Positions 13,297 to 26,139 of a stretch of DNA of 64,000 bases are shown piece by piece (position 1 is the first letter of the stretch; each line of letters opens with the position of its first letter). Position numbers and translations under genes: made by a program. Location of the stretch: contig NC_043011.1 in the NCBI RefSeq assembly GCF_006345805.1, positions 49,674,464-49,738,463 of the forward strand, read 5' to 3'. This DNA comes from Octopus sinensis. Its lineage: Eukaryota. The notes below the pieces were generated by a model. That model made no database searches. It was not told the origin of the DNA and worked only from the letters and a program-made list of their open reading frames with translations.

Positions 13297-14560
13297 TCTA
13301 ATATATAAAATCCGTTCTGTCTGTCTATTTGTGCGCTTATGATTCGAGTATTGTTCATCCGATCGCGCTGAAATTTTAATCGTCGATACATTAAAATTTA
13401 AATAGATTTTCAAAATTGTCAGTTTCAAAGTGAGAGTCGCTGATTTTATAATCCTTTTGTCCTGTTTCTTCCACCATTAAAAGACACGACTTACTCAGAC
13501 AGCCGGCACATACCATTTTTGCTGGCAACAAGGGGAGTACAAAATGACAGTCAGCCAAAACCATCGCTATGCTGTCTCTCTTCTTTCCTCTCTCTTGTCT
13601 CTCTTATGATGTCCGATTCCTTTTGAAGTTGTATATATATTGTGTTAAGATTCGTTATCAATCAATTATCCTTATTGAGAAGAAACAGTCAAAAGTAAGT
13701 ACCACATACAACCACCAAGCATCGCCACTACTTAATACGTCCAAGTTAACCCTCTTCACCTTTACAGCTGACATGAAAAACTACGAGGAAAAGGCAACCA
13801 TTTTAATTAAGTTAAAAAGAGAAAAAATTGATTGCTATTAAGACACGTAAAATTTTAGGGTTAATAATCTTAATCTTTAGTTATAGTTTCTCATTCAAAC
13901 TACATAATAGACAGAATTGTCGAATTAAGACAGTGGGGTGTTTTGAGGGAGATTTGGCTGCTATTTCTACCAGGTCTAGCTACCATGTAGCGGTCTCTCT
14001 CATTGGCTCATACATACATGTATACATGCATATAAACATAAAATCGAAATAAAATACTTAAAGCAACAGGCGTCAAATACAAAAGCCAAGGTCCATGCAG
14101 TGTCATGGGCCAAAAAAAATTTCCAACTTCTTGCCTAATGCTATCTCTTACACTATTTCAGTATTACGTCTCTGTTGTAATGTGAGATAATACATTCAGT
14201 TTGAAGGAAGTCTGTCCTATATGTATATATTCCTTATGCATTCCAAAACCGAGTTACAGATTTTTATGTATGGGGTATCAAAAGATTGAGTACTATTTCG
14301 ACTACAAATAAAGCTTAATTTCCATTCACATAGTTGCATTTCAAAAATTCGACATTATAATCTATTCCATAAATCAACTATCGTAAAGATGATTTTATAT
14401 GATGACATCACATTTACTATATGTGTGTGTTCCTAAAAAATGTGTGTGTTCCCAAAAAAGACATCCATCATCACGTCACACACCTTTACTCTTCCTCTCT
14501 TTTTCAATTTCTCTCTCACACACGCGCACGCACGCACGCACACACACACGCGCACGCACG

Positions 14561-14599
<39 letters not shown>

Positions 14600-15421
14600 A
14601 CATACACACACGTCCATTTCATATAGACGTGCATACATTTTTTACTTTCTTTCTCTGTCGCTTTTGCTTTCTCTTCTTTCAATTTCTGCTCGCTTCAAAT
14701 AAATTTTTACGGAATGAGCGGGAGAAACACACAATGAGCCACCACAGCAGAATGGTGTGTCATTCTATTTGGTTAATTTATACTGCATGCAAAAATTAAA
14801 AAAAACATGCTACATACATACAGCTGCTTACAAAAATAGAGACTAATGTATAATTTCTTTCTATGTTCGTGATTTTTTTGTTTACAATGTTGAAAAAAAA
14901 TATGCCACTAAAGAAAAGACGTAATCTCTCCAGAAACAAGTATAAAGCAAGGAGAATTGTAGAAAACCGAAGGCGAGAGTCTGAAGAGAGAAGCGAGTTG
15001 AGATTTTCTCAAGATTAGCAAATGCATGTTGCAGCACTTAACGCTGGATCATTGAAGCAATGTTTTAATGACTAGCCAGAGGCCCAATAGAATAGCTCTC
15101 AGAAACAGACTACGTACAAATTCGTTCTTCACAACTCCTGAAGCTGTTGTTTTCAGATATGATCCATCCCATTCTTAGAAAAATGATAACTCTGTCCAAA
15201 TTGGTGTGCTAAACACAAATCGTCGTTTCTGTAGAGCTTTAAAATGTTCAAATGAAACAAATGGTATGTGCTGCTCAGACGGTCAAGTAACATTAACAGC
15301 ACTACCAGCTCCTTCTCAACTTCTTGTGGATCTTCTAGAAGGCACTTCCATCCAGGCAAAAGATTTTCTGAACAATATCACAATACAACTGTGCATTTTA
15401 AATGATATCGTTTGGTGCATT
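13297..15421 (+). mobile_element. Helitron 5' portion with RepHel N-terminal pseudogene (~14902-15421)
   Basis: 5' end a|TCtaatatataaaatccgttctgtctgtc. Translation gives MPLKKRRNLSR... and IGVLNTNRRFCRALKCSNETNGMCCSDGQVTLTALPAP..LLEG...FLNNI..YNCAF*MISFGA, typical of the Helitron RepHel N-terminal Cys-rich region. Linkage of the 5' end to the ORF is inferred. Confidence 0.75.
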
Positions 15422-15556
15422 TAAGAAGCTCGGTAAAAGAATTCAGAAGGTTGGAACTCCAACCAGGTTTTTTGTGACACTCTTAAAGCTAGGAACTTTT
15501 CAGCCCTCGTATATATATATATTTGTTTTTTTTTATAATCCTCACAATATATATAT

Positions 15557-15588
<32 letters not shown>

Positions 15589-15771
15589 CTACAATAAAGG
15601 GTTTAGCAACGAATTGCCTTACCACATACCGAATTTAGAAATAGCAGTCAAGAGTTATAGCTATTTCTTCTACTAAAAAGGGAGATCTCAGTAAAAACAG
15701 CAATTGGAAGGCAGACACAAACAGGTAAGAGAGAATGAATTGACGGCAATCTATCATACAATTTTAAGTTA

Positions 15772-15870
15772 TCTACGGACGTACGTTTCGAATCAAGTTT
15801 TTAGGAAAGGATAAGAATTAAATATTAAATAATTCTATCTTACCAAAACTTCTTTTCTCTTCAGCGTAGA
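15772..15870 (-). ncRNA. Type I hammerhead ribozyme with long helix II, array B copy 1
   Basis: Reverse complement: tctacg-CTGAAGA-[~68 nt hairpin]-GAAA-cgtac-GTC-cgtaga, with a 6-bp helix I and a GUC triplet. Confidence 0.85.
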
Positions 15871-16369
15871 ATACTATAATCATAAATGATTATATATTGA
15901 ATTTTGAGATACTAGAAGGCACCAACTCAACTCAGTATCAGAGCGAGCTAGAATCCGCAACTAATATCACAAATCCAATGAGTGAATGAAAAGATTGTGT
16001 CACCAGCCCCTTCCCACCCGCGTGTAGCCAAAAAAGATGCTGTGGTCATCTACTATCTACTGAGATAAAATATGGTTATCCGTAATAATGAAGGGTGAAA
16101 TTAATTAATTTGGAATAATTATCAATTACACCAAGTAGTCTTCGGCATGTAAAAGCCTCATTCGAGGAGAATTTAAGTAATACTAAGCAATAAAGGGTTT
16201 AGCAACGAATTGCCTTACCACATACCGAATTTAGAAATAGCAGTCAAAGAGTTTATAGCTATTTCTTCTACTAAAAAGGGAGATCTCAGTAAAAACAGCA
16301 ATTGGAAGGCAGACACAAACAGGTAAGAGAGAATGAATTGACGGCAATCTATCATACAATTTTAAGTTA

Positions 16370-16469
16370 TCTACGGACGTACGTTTCGAAATCAAGTTTT
16401 TAGGAAAGGATAAGAATTAAATATTAAATAATTCTATCTTACCAAAACTTCTTTTCTCTTCAGCGTAGA
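16370..16469 (-). ncRNA. Type I hammerhead ribozyme with long helix II, array B copy 2
   Basis: tctacgCTGAAGAgaaaagaagttttggtaagatagaattatttaatatttaattcttatcctttcctaaaaacttgatttcGAAAcgtacGTCcgtaga. Confidence 0.9.
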
Positions 16470-16961
16470 ATACTATAATCATAAATGATTATATATGAAT
16501 TTTGAGATACTAGAAGGCACCAACTCAACTCAGTATCAGAGCGAGCTAGAATCCGCAACTAGTATCACCAAATCCAATGTGTGAATGAAAAGATTGTGTC
16601 ACCAGCCCCTTCCCACCCGCGTGTAGCCAAAACAAGATGCTGTGGTCATCTACTGAGATAAAATATGGTTATCCGTAATAATGAAGGGTGAAATTAATTA
16701 ATTTGGAATAATTATCAATTACACCAAGTAGTCTTCGGCATGTAAAAGCCTCATTCGAGGAGAATTTAAGTAATACTAAGTAATAAAGGGTTTAGCAACG
16801 AATTGCCTTACCACATACCGAATTTAGAAATAGCAGTCAAAGAGTTTTAGCTATTTCTTCTACTAAAAAGGGAGATCTCAGTAAAAACAGCAATTGGAAG
16901 GCAGACACAAACAGGTAAGAGAGAATGAATTGACGGCAATCTATCATACAATTTTAAGTTA

Positions 16962-17059
16962 TCTACGGACGTACGTTTCGAAATCAAGTTTTAGGAAAGG
17001 ATAAGAATTAAATATTAATAATTCTATCTTACCAAAACTTCTTTTCTCTTCAGCGTAGA
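16962..17059 (-). ncRNA. Type I hammerhead ribozyme with long helix II, array B copy 3
   Basis: Same motif as copy 2. Confidence 0.88.
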
Positions 17060-17406
17060 ATACTATAATCATAAATGATTATATATGGAATTTTGAGATA
17101 CTAGAAGGCACCAACTCAACTCAGTATCAGAGCGAGCTAGAATCCGCAACTAGTATCACCAAATCCAATGTGTGAATGAAAAGATTGGTGTCACCAGCCC
17201 CTTCCCACCCACCCGCGTAGCCAAAAAGATGCTGTGGTCATCTACTGAGATAAAATATGGTTATCCGTAATAATGAAGGGTGAAAATTATTATTTGGAAT
17301 AATTATCAATTACACCAAGTAGTCTTCGCGGCATGTAAAAGCCTCATTCGAGGAGAAATTAAGTAATACTAAGCATAAAGGGTTAGCAACGAATTGCCTT
17401 ACCACA

Positions 17407-17491
<85 letters not shown>

Positions 17492-17516
17492 GTATATATA
17501 TTCTTTATTCATTTAT

Positions 17517-17880
17517 TTGTTACAGTTATTTGACTGCAGCTATACTGGAGCACCGCCTTCAGTCGAAAAATCGACCCGAGGACTTATTCGTTGTGTGCCT
17601 AGTACTTATTCTATCGGTGTGTTTTGCCGAACCGCTAGGTTACGGAGACGTAAACAAACACACATCGGTTGTCAAACGATGGTGTTAGGACAAACACTCA
17701 CACAGACACATATGACTTTATATATATATATATATACGACGGGCTTCTTTCAGTTTCCGTCTACCAAAGCCACTACAAGGCGTTGGTCAGCTATAGTAGA
17801 GGACACATGCCCAAGGTGCCATGCAATGAGACTAAACCAGGAACCATGAGGCTGGTAAGCAAGCTACTTACTACTCAGCC
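17517..17880 (-). mobile_element. Bipartite tRNA-derived SINE
   Basis: Homologous over its full length to 45998-46432. Confidence 0.8.
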
Positions 17881-18164
17881 AGTCATTAGACTGCAGCCAT
17901 GCTGGGGCACCGCCTTGAAGAAATTTTCGTCGACTTAATCGTCCCTTATTCTTGAAGTCTGGTACTTATTATATCAGGCCTTTTGCCGAACCGCTAGGTT
18001 ACACGGACGTAAACACACCAATATCCCACTGAAGTCAATTCTGCCTTTTATCGATAAAATAAAACGGTGATCAGTTAATAGGGGTCAATATAATCGACTA
18101 GCCCCGCTCCGTCTCCCTAACATTATCGAACCGATACCTAAATTAGATACAATTACGATTATTA

Positions 18165-18653
18165 GTGGTGGTGTTAGTAGTAGTAGTAGTGTTGATGGTG
18201 GTAGTAGTTGCTTGTGTTGATGGTGGTAGTGGTGTTGATGGTGGTAGTGATGTTGATGGTGGTAGTAGTTATAGAAGTAGCAGCAGCTGCAGCAGTAGTA
18301 GTAGTAATAGTACGTAGTAGTAGTAGTAGTAGCAGTTGTTGTTGTTGTTGTTGTTGTTGTCGTCGTCGTCGTTGTTGTTGTTGTTGTTGTAGTACTCGTT
18401 ATCAACATCGTTCAGAAGAGCTAAAATTTTGCTACGAGGATTTTTAATATTTTTCAAGTTACACTTGAAAAATATTGAGACTTAGATAACAAGGCCAGTT
18501 ACTTTAAACATTTCTATTTGTATTTTACTGTCTAATTATTGGAAGTCATAAATTATTGGAAGTATGTTTTTTTTTTTTTTTTGTTATACAGAAACCGCTT
18601 CAAGTGAAATTTCATCGAATACATTAAAACAAGTGCCAAGCAAATAGTAGTAT

Positions 18654-18696
<43 letters not shown>

Positions 18697-18697
18697 T

Positions 18698-18729
<32 letters not shown>

Positions 18730-18797
18730 TGTAGTAGTAGTAGTAGTGGTGTTGGTGGTGTTGGTGGTGGTGGTGGTGGTAGTGGTGGTGGTGGTGG

Positions 18798-18845
<48 letters not shown>

Positions 18846-18875
18846 CGACGACGACGACGATGATGATGATGATGG
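18165..18875. repeat. Compound trinucleotide microsatellites (GTA/GTG/GTT/GAT)
   Basis: Direct reading (18165-18395 and 18645-18875). Confidence 0.9.
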
Positions 18876-18876
18876 T

Positions 18877-19409
18877 GACGCAGTATACCAGGTACTGACT
18901 CTCGTGGCTTCTGATCTTAACTGATCGGAAATATCATGATGTTTTGTCTTGGTATAAGCAACTATTCTTCTCAATGATACAGATTTGCGCTTGTCAGTTG
19001 TTTGACCGTAACCGGTTGATCATGTCCCTTAGTGGCTGACGATATGTGCATCTCTGATCACGAGCAGAAGTAAAGGGGGAGCATCATAGCCAAGTGTTTG
19101 GAGGAATTCTTTGAGGTTTGAATAATTCACCCGTGGAAGCATGGGTGCTTCATTCAACATCCTTAAGCAACTCTCATTCAGGGACCTTTTGAGTGGAATG
19201 GACTACTCGATCTGAAGAAAATTCTAACTGCACCCCACCTGCAACGTCCTGCGCTGATTAGCTGTTTATCTTGACATGAGATCGCGCATATATGGTTGTG
19301 ATGCATGTGCCTGGTGTACCTTTATCAGACGGGTAGTCATGATGTGTATATTGGGTTTCGTACATTTCTACCCCAGTGTCACTTTGATGGCATGCACTGC
19401 TCCCTCACT
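18877..19409 (+). mobile_element. ~550 bp non-coding retroposon with (AAT)n tail, unclassified
   Basis: A homologous inverted copy lies at 20221-20780 and a partial copy at 19640-19797. It is flanked by trinucleotide repeats. Confidence 0.7.
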
Positions 19410-19426
19410 TAATGATGATGATGATG

Positions 19427-19476
<50 letters not shown>

Positions 19477-20069
19477 TATAATAACAACAACAATCCAGAA
19501 GGAATATGAGAGACGCCACGACAATATAGCGAGGCTTGTCCATTGGACACTTTGCAACAAGTAAGGACTTGACTGAGCAAAAAAATTGGTACGACCACAA
19601 TCCTGAAGGCATCGTCGAAAATAGAAATGCAAAGATCCATGGCTCTCATGGCATTTGGTTTCAACTGATAAGATGTGTTATGTAAATGTTTTGTCTTGGT
19701 ATAAAGGAAGGGTTACAATAATTATTCTGCGCAATATCACAGATTTGCTTTGTCAGCTGCTTGATCTTAACCAGTTGAAGAGTTCCCTTAGTGGCAATGT
19801 GATGCAAAAAAAAAAACTGATAACAATAACTGTAAACGGTAGTATCAGGGACAAGTCGTCGGATTTTGGTTGTCTTCTATACGAAATTTATGCCCAATTT
19901 GTTGAACGACCACTCCGGAGATGTTTACCGTAACTAACTGCAAAATGAAGGATTTCTTTACAGTTCTGGGAACTTTCCATCTCATTTAACTTCTCTGTCA
20001 ACTTGAGGAATCCAGTGACATGCCGAACTACTGTGACTATAATTATAATAACAATAACTATTATTATTA

Positions 20070-20130
<61 letters not shown>

Positions 20131-20165
20131 CATTGTTATTATTATTATTGTTATTATTATTGTTA

Positions 20166-20220
<55 letters not shown>

Positions 20221-20221
<1 letters not shown>

Positions 20222-20778
20222 GAGTGAGAGAGCAGTGCATGCCATCAAAGTGACACCCATGTAAAATATACAAAGCCCAATATACCCATCATGACTACTC
20301 GTCTGATAAAGGTACACTAGGCACATGCATCACAACCATATGTGCGCGACACGGTGATCTCATATCAAGATAAACAGCACATGACCTTGCAGGTGGGGGC
20401 CCACTTAGAATTTTCTTCAGGTCGAGCAGCCCATCCCGCTCAAAAGGTCCCTGAATAAGGGTTGTTTAAGGATGTTCAACGAGCCACACATGTTTCCAGA
20501 TGTGAATTATCCAAACCCCAAAGACTTCCTTTCAACACACGGCTATGATGCTCCCCCACTACTTCTGCTCATGATCAGAGGTGCACATATCGTCAGCCTC
20601 TAAGGGACATGCTCAACTGGTTAAGGTCAAACAATTGACAAGCAAGTCTGTGGTATTGAGCAGAATATTTGCTGTAGCCCATCTTTTATACCAAGACAAA
20701 ACAATGTACATGATAACACTTCCAATCAGTTAAGATCAGAAGCCACGAGAGTCACTGCCAGGTACTGCATCAGGGCAA

Positions 20779-20780
<2 letters not shown>
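20221..20780 (-). mobile_element. Second copy of the ~550 bp element, inside (ATT)n on both sides
   Basis: Reverse-complement homology to 18877-19409. Confidence 0.75.
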
Positions 20781-20821
<41 letters not shown>

Positions 20822-20917
20822 TATTATTATTATTATTATTATTATTTCTTTATCTATTACTACTCTTATTATTTCTATTTATCTTTCCTTCCTCCTACTC
20901 TTCTTCTTCTGCTGCTG

Positions 20918-20979
<62 letters not shown>

Positions 20980-22436
20980 GTATTCCACTGCTGTATTGTG
21001 TTGCTGCCGATAATGACGACGAAGTACCGATAACGGAAGTTTGCACTACAATCAGTGATGCGTTAGAAAAACAAACAAAATTCAATAACATAAACTGTAA
21101 ACTGATTATACCAATAAATATTCAAGCAATAACATCGAATAGATAAAAAAAATAAGTAAATAAATAAACAGAAGACAGAAACTTTTGGCAAAAGAAGAAA
21201 TTGTTATAAATATGTTTTTACTTGTCACTGCGTGTCAGATGCAACTTGATTCCAATGTTTTACTATCGGAATTTATCGTAAAGAAATAAGGTAAAAACGA
21301 TAATGCAAACATGTTTGGTGATGATAAATGGTTGGTTCGTAACATCAGTGCAACACTATTTATTATTTAGTATGAATATATGAATAGCCGTAAACAATAA
21401 CACACACGCGCAAACCATATTCGTCAGTCCGATAAAATATATTGTTTCGACATCGGCTCATCGGGAACACCGATGGTGAAACGAGCCTTTATAGTAATAG
21501 AGATAAGCCGAAATAAAACTTTACATAGGTATGATAGAAAGTAAGTTCAAGTAACGATACTCCAGTTGCACTAAGCTTATTATGCATACTGAAAAGAGTA
21601 GACAGTAGTCCTGTCTACTTTCAAATATCTAAAGAAGAACAATATTATATATCCAATATGTTTTATCGGCAACATCTGAGTTTCAGATAAGACATAGGCG
21701 AAAGAGGATATTTGTCGAACTAACGATTATGGATTAAATACATATATTCACTTTCATACTTATCTTTGAGTGCTTTATTTCAAACCAGACATAGCCTCTT
21801 TCAAGTTATCATTCTCTGGAATATCTATAGAGATATTTTGAAATAATTTAATATGTATGTTTCAGATTTGCAATAATATATAATAGGAAATACATCCATT
21901 AGGAAAACCTTCCTCGTTGAAGCAAATGTTTCCAGAATGACGTCCGGAGCCGTAACAAAACACTGAAAAGAAAACATCTAATTTTCTTTACGAACACTAC
22001 TATTTATATAGACTTGGTAAGCAAAAGAAGAGAAGGTGAATTTCAGAGTGTATAAGATTGTTATATCGGGGTAATTCGCAAATAGAAAAAAGTGTAAGAA
22101 AACTGTAAGAGTTCGTAAAGAGCAGGAATGCATTAAAGAGTATGGAATACTGATTACATACCAGTGAAAATGTTTTTAATACAATCCGTACAATCTGTAT
22201 GGAATTAGTCCGGTTGTAAAACGGGCTCCTAAAATTTTAGCAAAATCGTATGGAAAGACTAATACGTTTCAAAACATTCCTATCTTGCTTTTAAATATTG
22301 CTTTGAGATTTAGATACTGCTTAGTTAGGTATCATTTCTGATGTATATAACTGATGCCATCTTGTAACAGTTTTACAGGATCTGCTCCATTCCAGTAATT
22401 TGTGTTCTATTGGATGCTCAATATTGTTCTTTATAG

Positions 22437-22820
22437 TGGAGGCGCAATGGCCCAGTGGTTAGGGCAGCGGACTCGCGGTCGTAGGATCGCGGTTTCGATT
22501 CCCAGACCGGGCGTTGTGAGTGTTTATTGAGCGAAAACACCTAAAGCTCCACGAGGCTCCGGCAGGGGGTGGTGGTGATCCCTGCTGTACTCATTCGCCA
22601 CAACTTTCTCTCACTCTTTCTTCCTGTTTCTGTTGTACCTGTATTTCAAAGGGCCGGCCTTGTCACTCTCTGTTTCACGCTGAATATCCCCGAGAACTAC
22701 GTTAAGGGTACACGTGTCTGTGGAGTGCTCAGCCACTTACACGTTAATTTCACGAGCAGGCTGTTCCGTTGATCGGATCAACCGGAACCCTCATCGTCGT
22801 AACCGACGGAGTGCTTCCAC
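22437..22820 (+). mobile_element. tRNA-derived SINE with target-site duplication
   Basis: A box tggcccagtggttag and B box ggtttcgattccc. TSD attgttcttta at 22423 and 22821. The same head occurs at 43984 and 59199. Confidence 0.85.
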
Positions 22821-24971
22821 ATTGTTCTTTACATATTTGAAATTAGACAAGACTGTTATTTACTCTTGTCAGTATGCCTAATAAGAGTGGTGCGACCGGC
22901 GTGTCGTTATTTGAACTTACTTTCAATCATACCTACGTAAAATTTGATTTAGGCTGATCTGTATTACTTTAAAAGTCCATTTCACCATCATTTACCACTG
23001 TTTTCAAAACAATTTATTTCCTGATTTTAATTTTTCCCCACTTATTCTTTTTAAGATTAACTTTATATTTCACTTTCCAATTATTAATTTTATAGTTCAC
23101 TTTTGATGTTCTTGAATTTGTTTAAAAGTTAGATGTTTCACTGTTTGTTTTTAGAAATCTGTTCTTGATGGTATTTTACATAGGTTTTTAATAGTTTTAA
23201 AAATGTTTTTGACGTTTTTTATATATCCGATCTCAACTGTTTTCTTTTCAAATCCAGTTTTCACTCTTTCAAACGTTCTTTTCGTTGTTTTATTTTAAAT
23301 TTACATTTATTTTTAACAAAGAAAATTATTGTTGTCATAGTTACTTTGAATTTTCACTTTTAAATTTACTTTCAAGTGCTTTCTTTTTGAAAATTTATTT
23401 TAAGTATATTTTTTTAAATATCGTCTGAAATATTCATTTTGCTTCTGTTTCCGACTGTTTTTCAAAAATATGTTTTTGTCTGCCCAATTACATCAAATTT
23501 CAAGTAACATTTAAAAAAAATTTTATTTTGGAGCAGTTGTTTTCTGAATTTTATTGCTTCCTGTATTTACTTACAAATCAACAGTCTTTTACTTCTATTT
23601 TTACCATTTGTTTGTGACTTTGCTCTTAAACTTTGCTTTTGACCCCTTCCACAAAAGCTTTGGTTTGTGTGTGTATGTTTAAATTTATTTTTATCCGTTT
23701 TCAATCTTTGATTTTATTTACATAAAAAATCTCAAATATTTTAAAACATTTTTTTCACATTTAATAATATGTATTTTTAGAATTTAAATCCAAATAAGAA
23801 ATTTATAAAATTGAAAATATTTACATATTTTGTTTTGCTTGAGTCATATTTATAATTAAAATTTTGAAACTTAACCTTGGATATATTCACACATTTAGTT
23901 AAAAAATAAAAAATTCAAATTTAAACAAGTATCTCATAATCTTTTAATTCGATTTTTTTTTGCTATTCCATTGTATTTTAACTGTTTTGTAGATGTCGTA
24001 TGACCGAATGTTAACGAAAGAAATTGTGTTCACTGCCACGAAATTGTAAGTTCCATCCCACAGCATGATATATTGAGAAAATGTAATTTTCTTTTACCTC
24101 ACACGGACTCATGGATTGTATGCGAAATTAGGCTGGCGGAAATTCTATAGAAGCACGCCGGATGGATTGTACCCATCAATTTTTCTATTTTCACTCGTTT
24201 GAGGAAGATGGCAAGTTGATTATATTTACCCCAATGCTCGACTGGTACGTTGTTTATAGAAATTAGATAGATGGAAGTCAAAGTCGACTATGGCGGAATT
24301 TGAAACCAGAACTTAAAGCCGAAAGGAATGCCTCTAAACATTTTGTCTGGCATGTTAAGTATTCTATTAGCTCACCACCTGATTGTACTCATAATCAAAA
24401 AGGTACACCCTCATCACACACTATGTCACAGTGATTCTACTCAAGAATTATTTTAAAAGTACAGGTCTGTGTTGAAATTCCAGCCAATTACACATAGATT
24501 CAGGGGCAGGTAATTCCGAAGACCGAACAACTGACTCCTCATCGTCGAGCGACGGAGATCCAACATTTTATTGTTTTATCTTCTGTTGATATTTTTAATA
24601 ATCATAGATAATTTAACTCATTGTTTGGCAATTTGGAAATAATTGAATATTGTATTTATAACATTCGAAACAAGAAGTCTTTATTCTACATAAATTCTAT
24701 TTCCTCACTGCACTTTATTTTAATTACTTTTCTATTTTAATTTATTTTCGTATCTTGATTTAGATTAAGATTTCTTTGTTTGGCTTTTCTTGAATCTAAT
24801 ATTGTAATCTGCGATCGACAAGTTTAAGGAGTAACAGGCGGTAGCCCATGACAAATACTGCCCCCGTACGAAACCCTCAATCCAACACACACTCTCGTTC
24901 TCCCTCCGATGTTTCCTCCTACACGCACAAAACATACGCACACATAGCACACGCACACACGCACACACACA

Positions 24972-25016
<45 letters not shown>

Positions 25017-25019
25017 AAA

Positions 25020-25277
25020 ATAAATAAATGCGCCGTTTTAAAGCCTAGCCAGGCCCATAGGCCCGGTTTCCCGGTTTCTATGGCATATGTGTTCCCCAGC
25101 TGGACGGGACGCCAGTCCATCGCAGCGTTACCCAATTTTGGCCGACTGAGTGGACTGGAGCAACGTGAAATGAAGTGTTTTGCTCAAGAACACAACGCGT
25201 CGCCAGGTCCAGGAATCGAAACCACAATCTTACGATCATGATGCTGACACCCTAACCACTAAGCCACGCGCCTCCAC
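25020..25277 (-). mobile_element. tRNA-derived SINE in (CA)n
   Basis: Reverse complement ggaggcgcgtggcttagtggttagggtg...ggtttcgattcctgg (A/B boxes). Its central region is shared with 53488-53810. Confidence 0.8.
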
Positions 25278-25689
25278 ACACACACACACACACACACATA
25301 CAGAAAACTATATCGCATCCCTCGTCCGAGTCGGAACCTCCTGACTTGGGAACCTTACCATACGGTTAATAGGAGAAGTCTAGGAAAGTAAAGAAAAAGA
25401 AATGAAAGAAAAAAAGGAAACCATGTATATGATTCCAACACAAGCAACAAAGCCATCCCAAACACTCCCAATCTAACAACAGCACAGCATCAACTTAAAA
25501 ACCATCATCCTCACCATTTCCACCATCAGCAACAAAAAGAAAGCGCACAGGTAAAACAACAACAACAACAACAACATACACGCAAAAACATCACTTATAA
25601 GCAAACACATAAACCCAACAACTACAGCATCATCTAAATACACAATGCTCAGAAATACAAAAGGAATTAATTTCCAGGTTGAGAAGATG

Positions 25690-25803
25690 TACGTTTGCCG
25701 AACCGCTAAGTTACGGAGACGTAAACACACCAGCACCGGTTGTCAAGAGATGTTGGGGGGGACAATCACAGACCACAAACGTACACACAGACACACACAC
25801 ACA

Positions 25804-25874
<71 letters not shown>

Positions 25875-26040
25875 TACGACGAACTTCTTTCAGTTTCCGT
25901 CTACCAAATCCACTCACAAGGCTTTGGTCGACCCGAGGCTAGAGTAGAAGACACTTGCCCAAGGTGCCATACAGTGGGTCTGAACCCGGAACCATGTGGT
26001 TGGTAAGCAAGCTACTTACCACAGAGCCACTCCTGCCCCT
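25690..26040 (-). mobile_element. Bipartite SINE with internal (TA)n
   Basis: Homologous to 45998-46432. Confidence 0.8.
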
Positions 26041-26139
26041 ATAATATACTTTATATGTATTAGTGAATGTACTTCATTGATAGACATCAACGAGAGTTTG
26101 TAATTCGTGGGTAGTATTGAGTTTTAATATTTTGGATTC

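Larger units (their letters stand above)
15593..17408 (-). mobile_element. Tandem trimer (~593-596 bp unit) of an HHR-bearing non-coding element in (TA)n
   Basis: Units start at 15593, 16189 and 16782, with a partial fourth at 17375. They are near-identical, have no ORF, carry one intact HHR each, and are flanked by (TA)n on both sides. Confidence 0.9.

Noticed and set aside
21440-21470. Minus-strand CCGATGA..GAAAC motif
   Set aside because: Core substitution, minimal helix II and no helix I; compatible with chance.
22437-22512. tRNA gene-like sequences (also 25205-25277, 37121-37190, 43984, 53488, 59199)
   Set aside because: A/B boxes are present but the acceptor stem and cloverleaf are imperfect, and most continue into repeated SINE bodies. 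They are SINE heads rather than tRNA genes.
21500-24000. Repeat-poor AT-rich stretch that might hold host exons
   Set aside because: A candidate AG..GT segment (21866-22016) has stops in all three frames, and there are no recognisable protein motifs on either strand.
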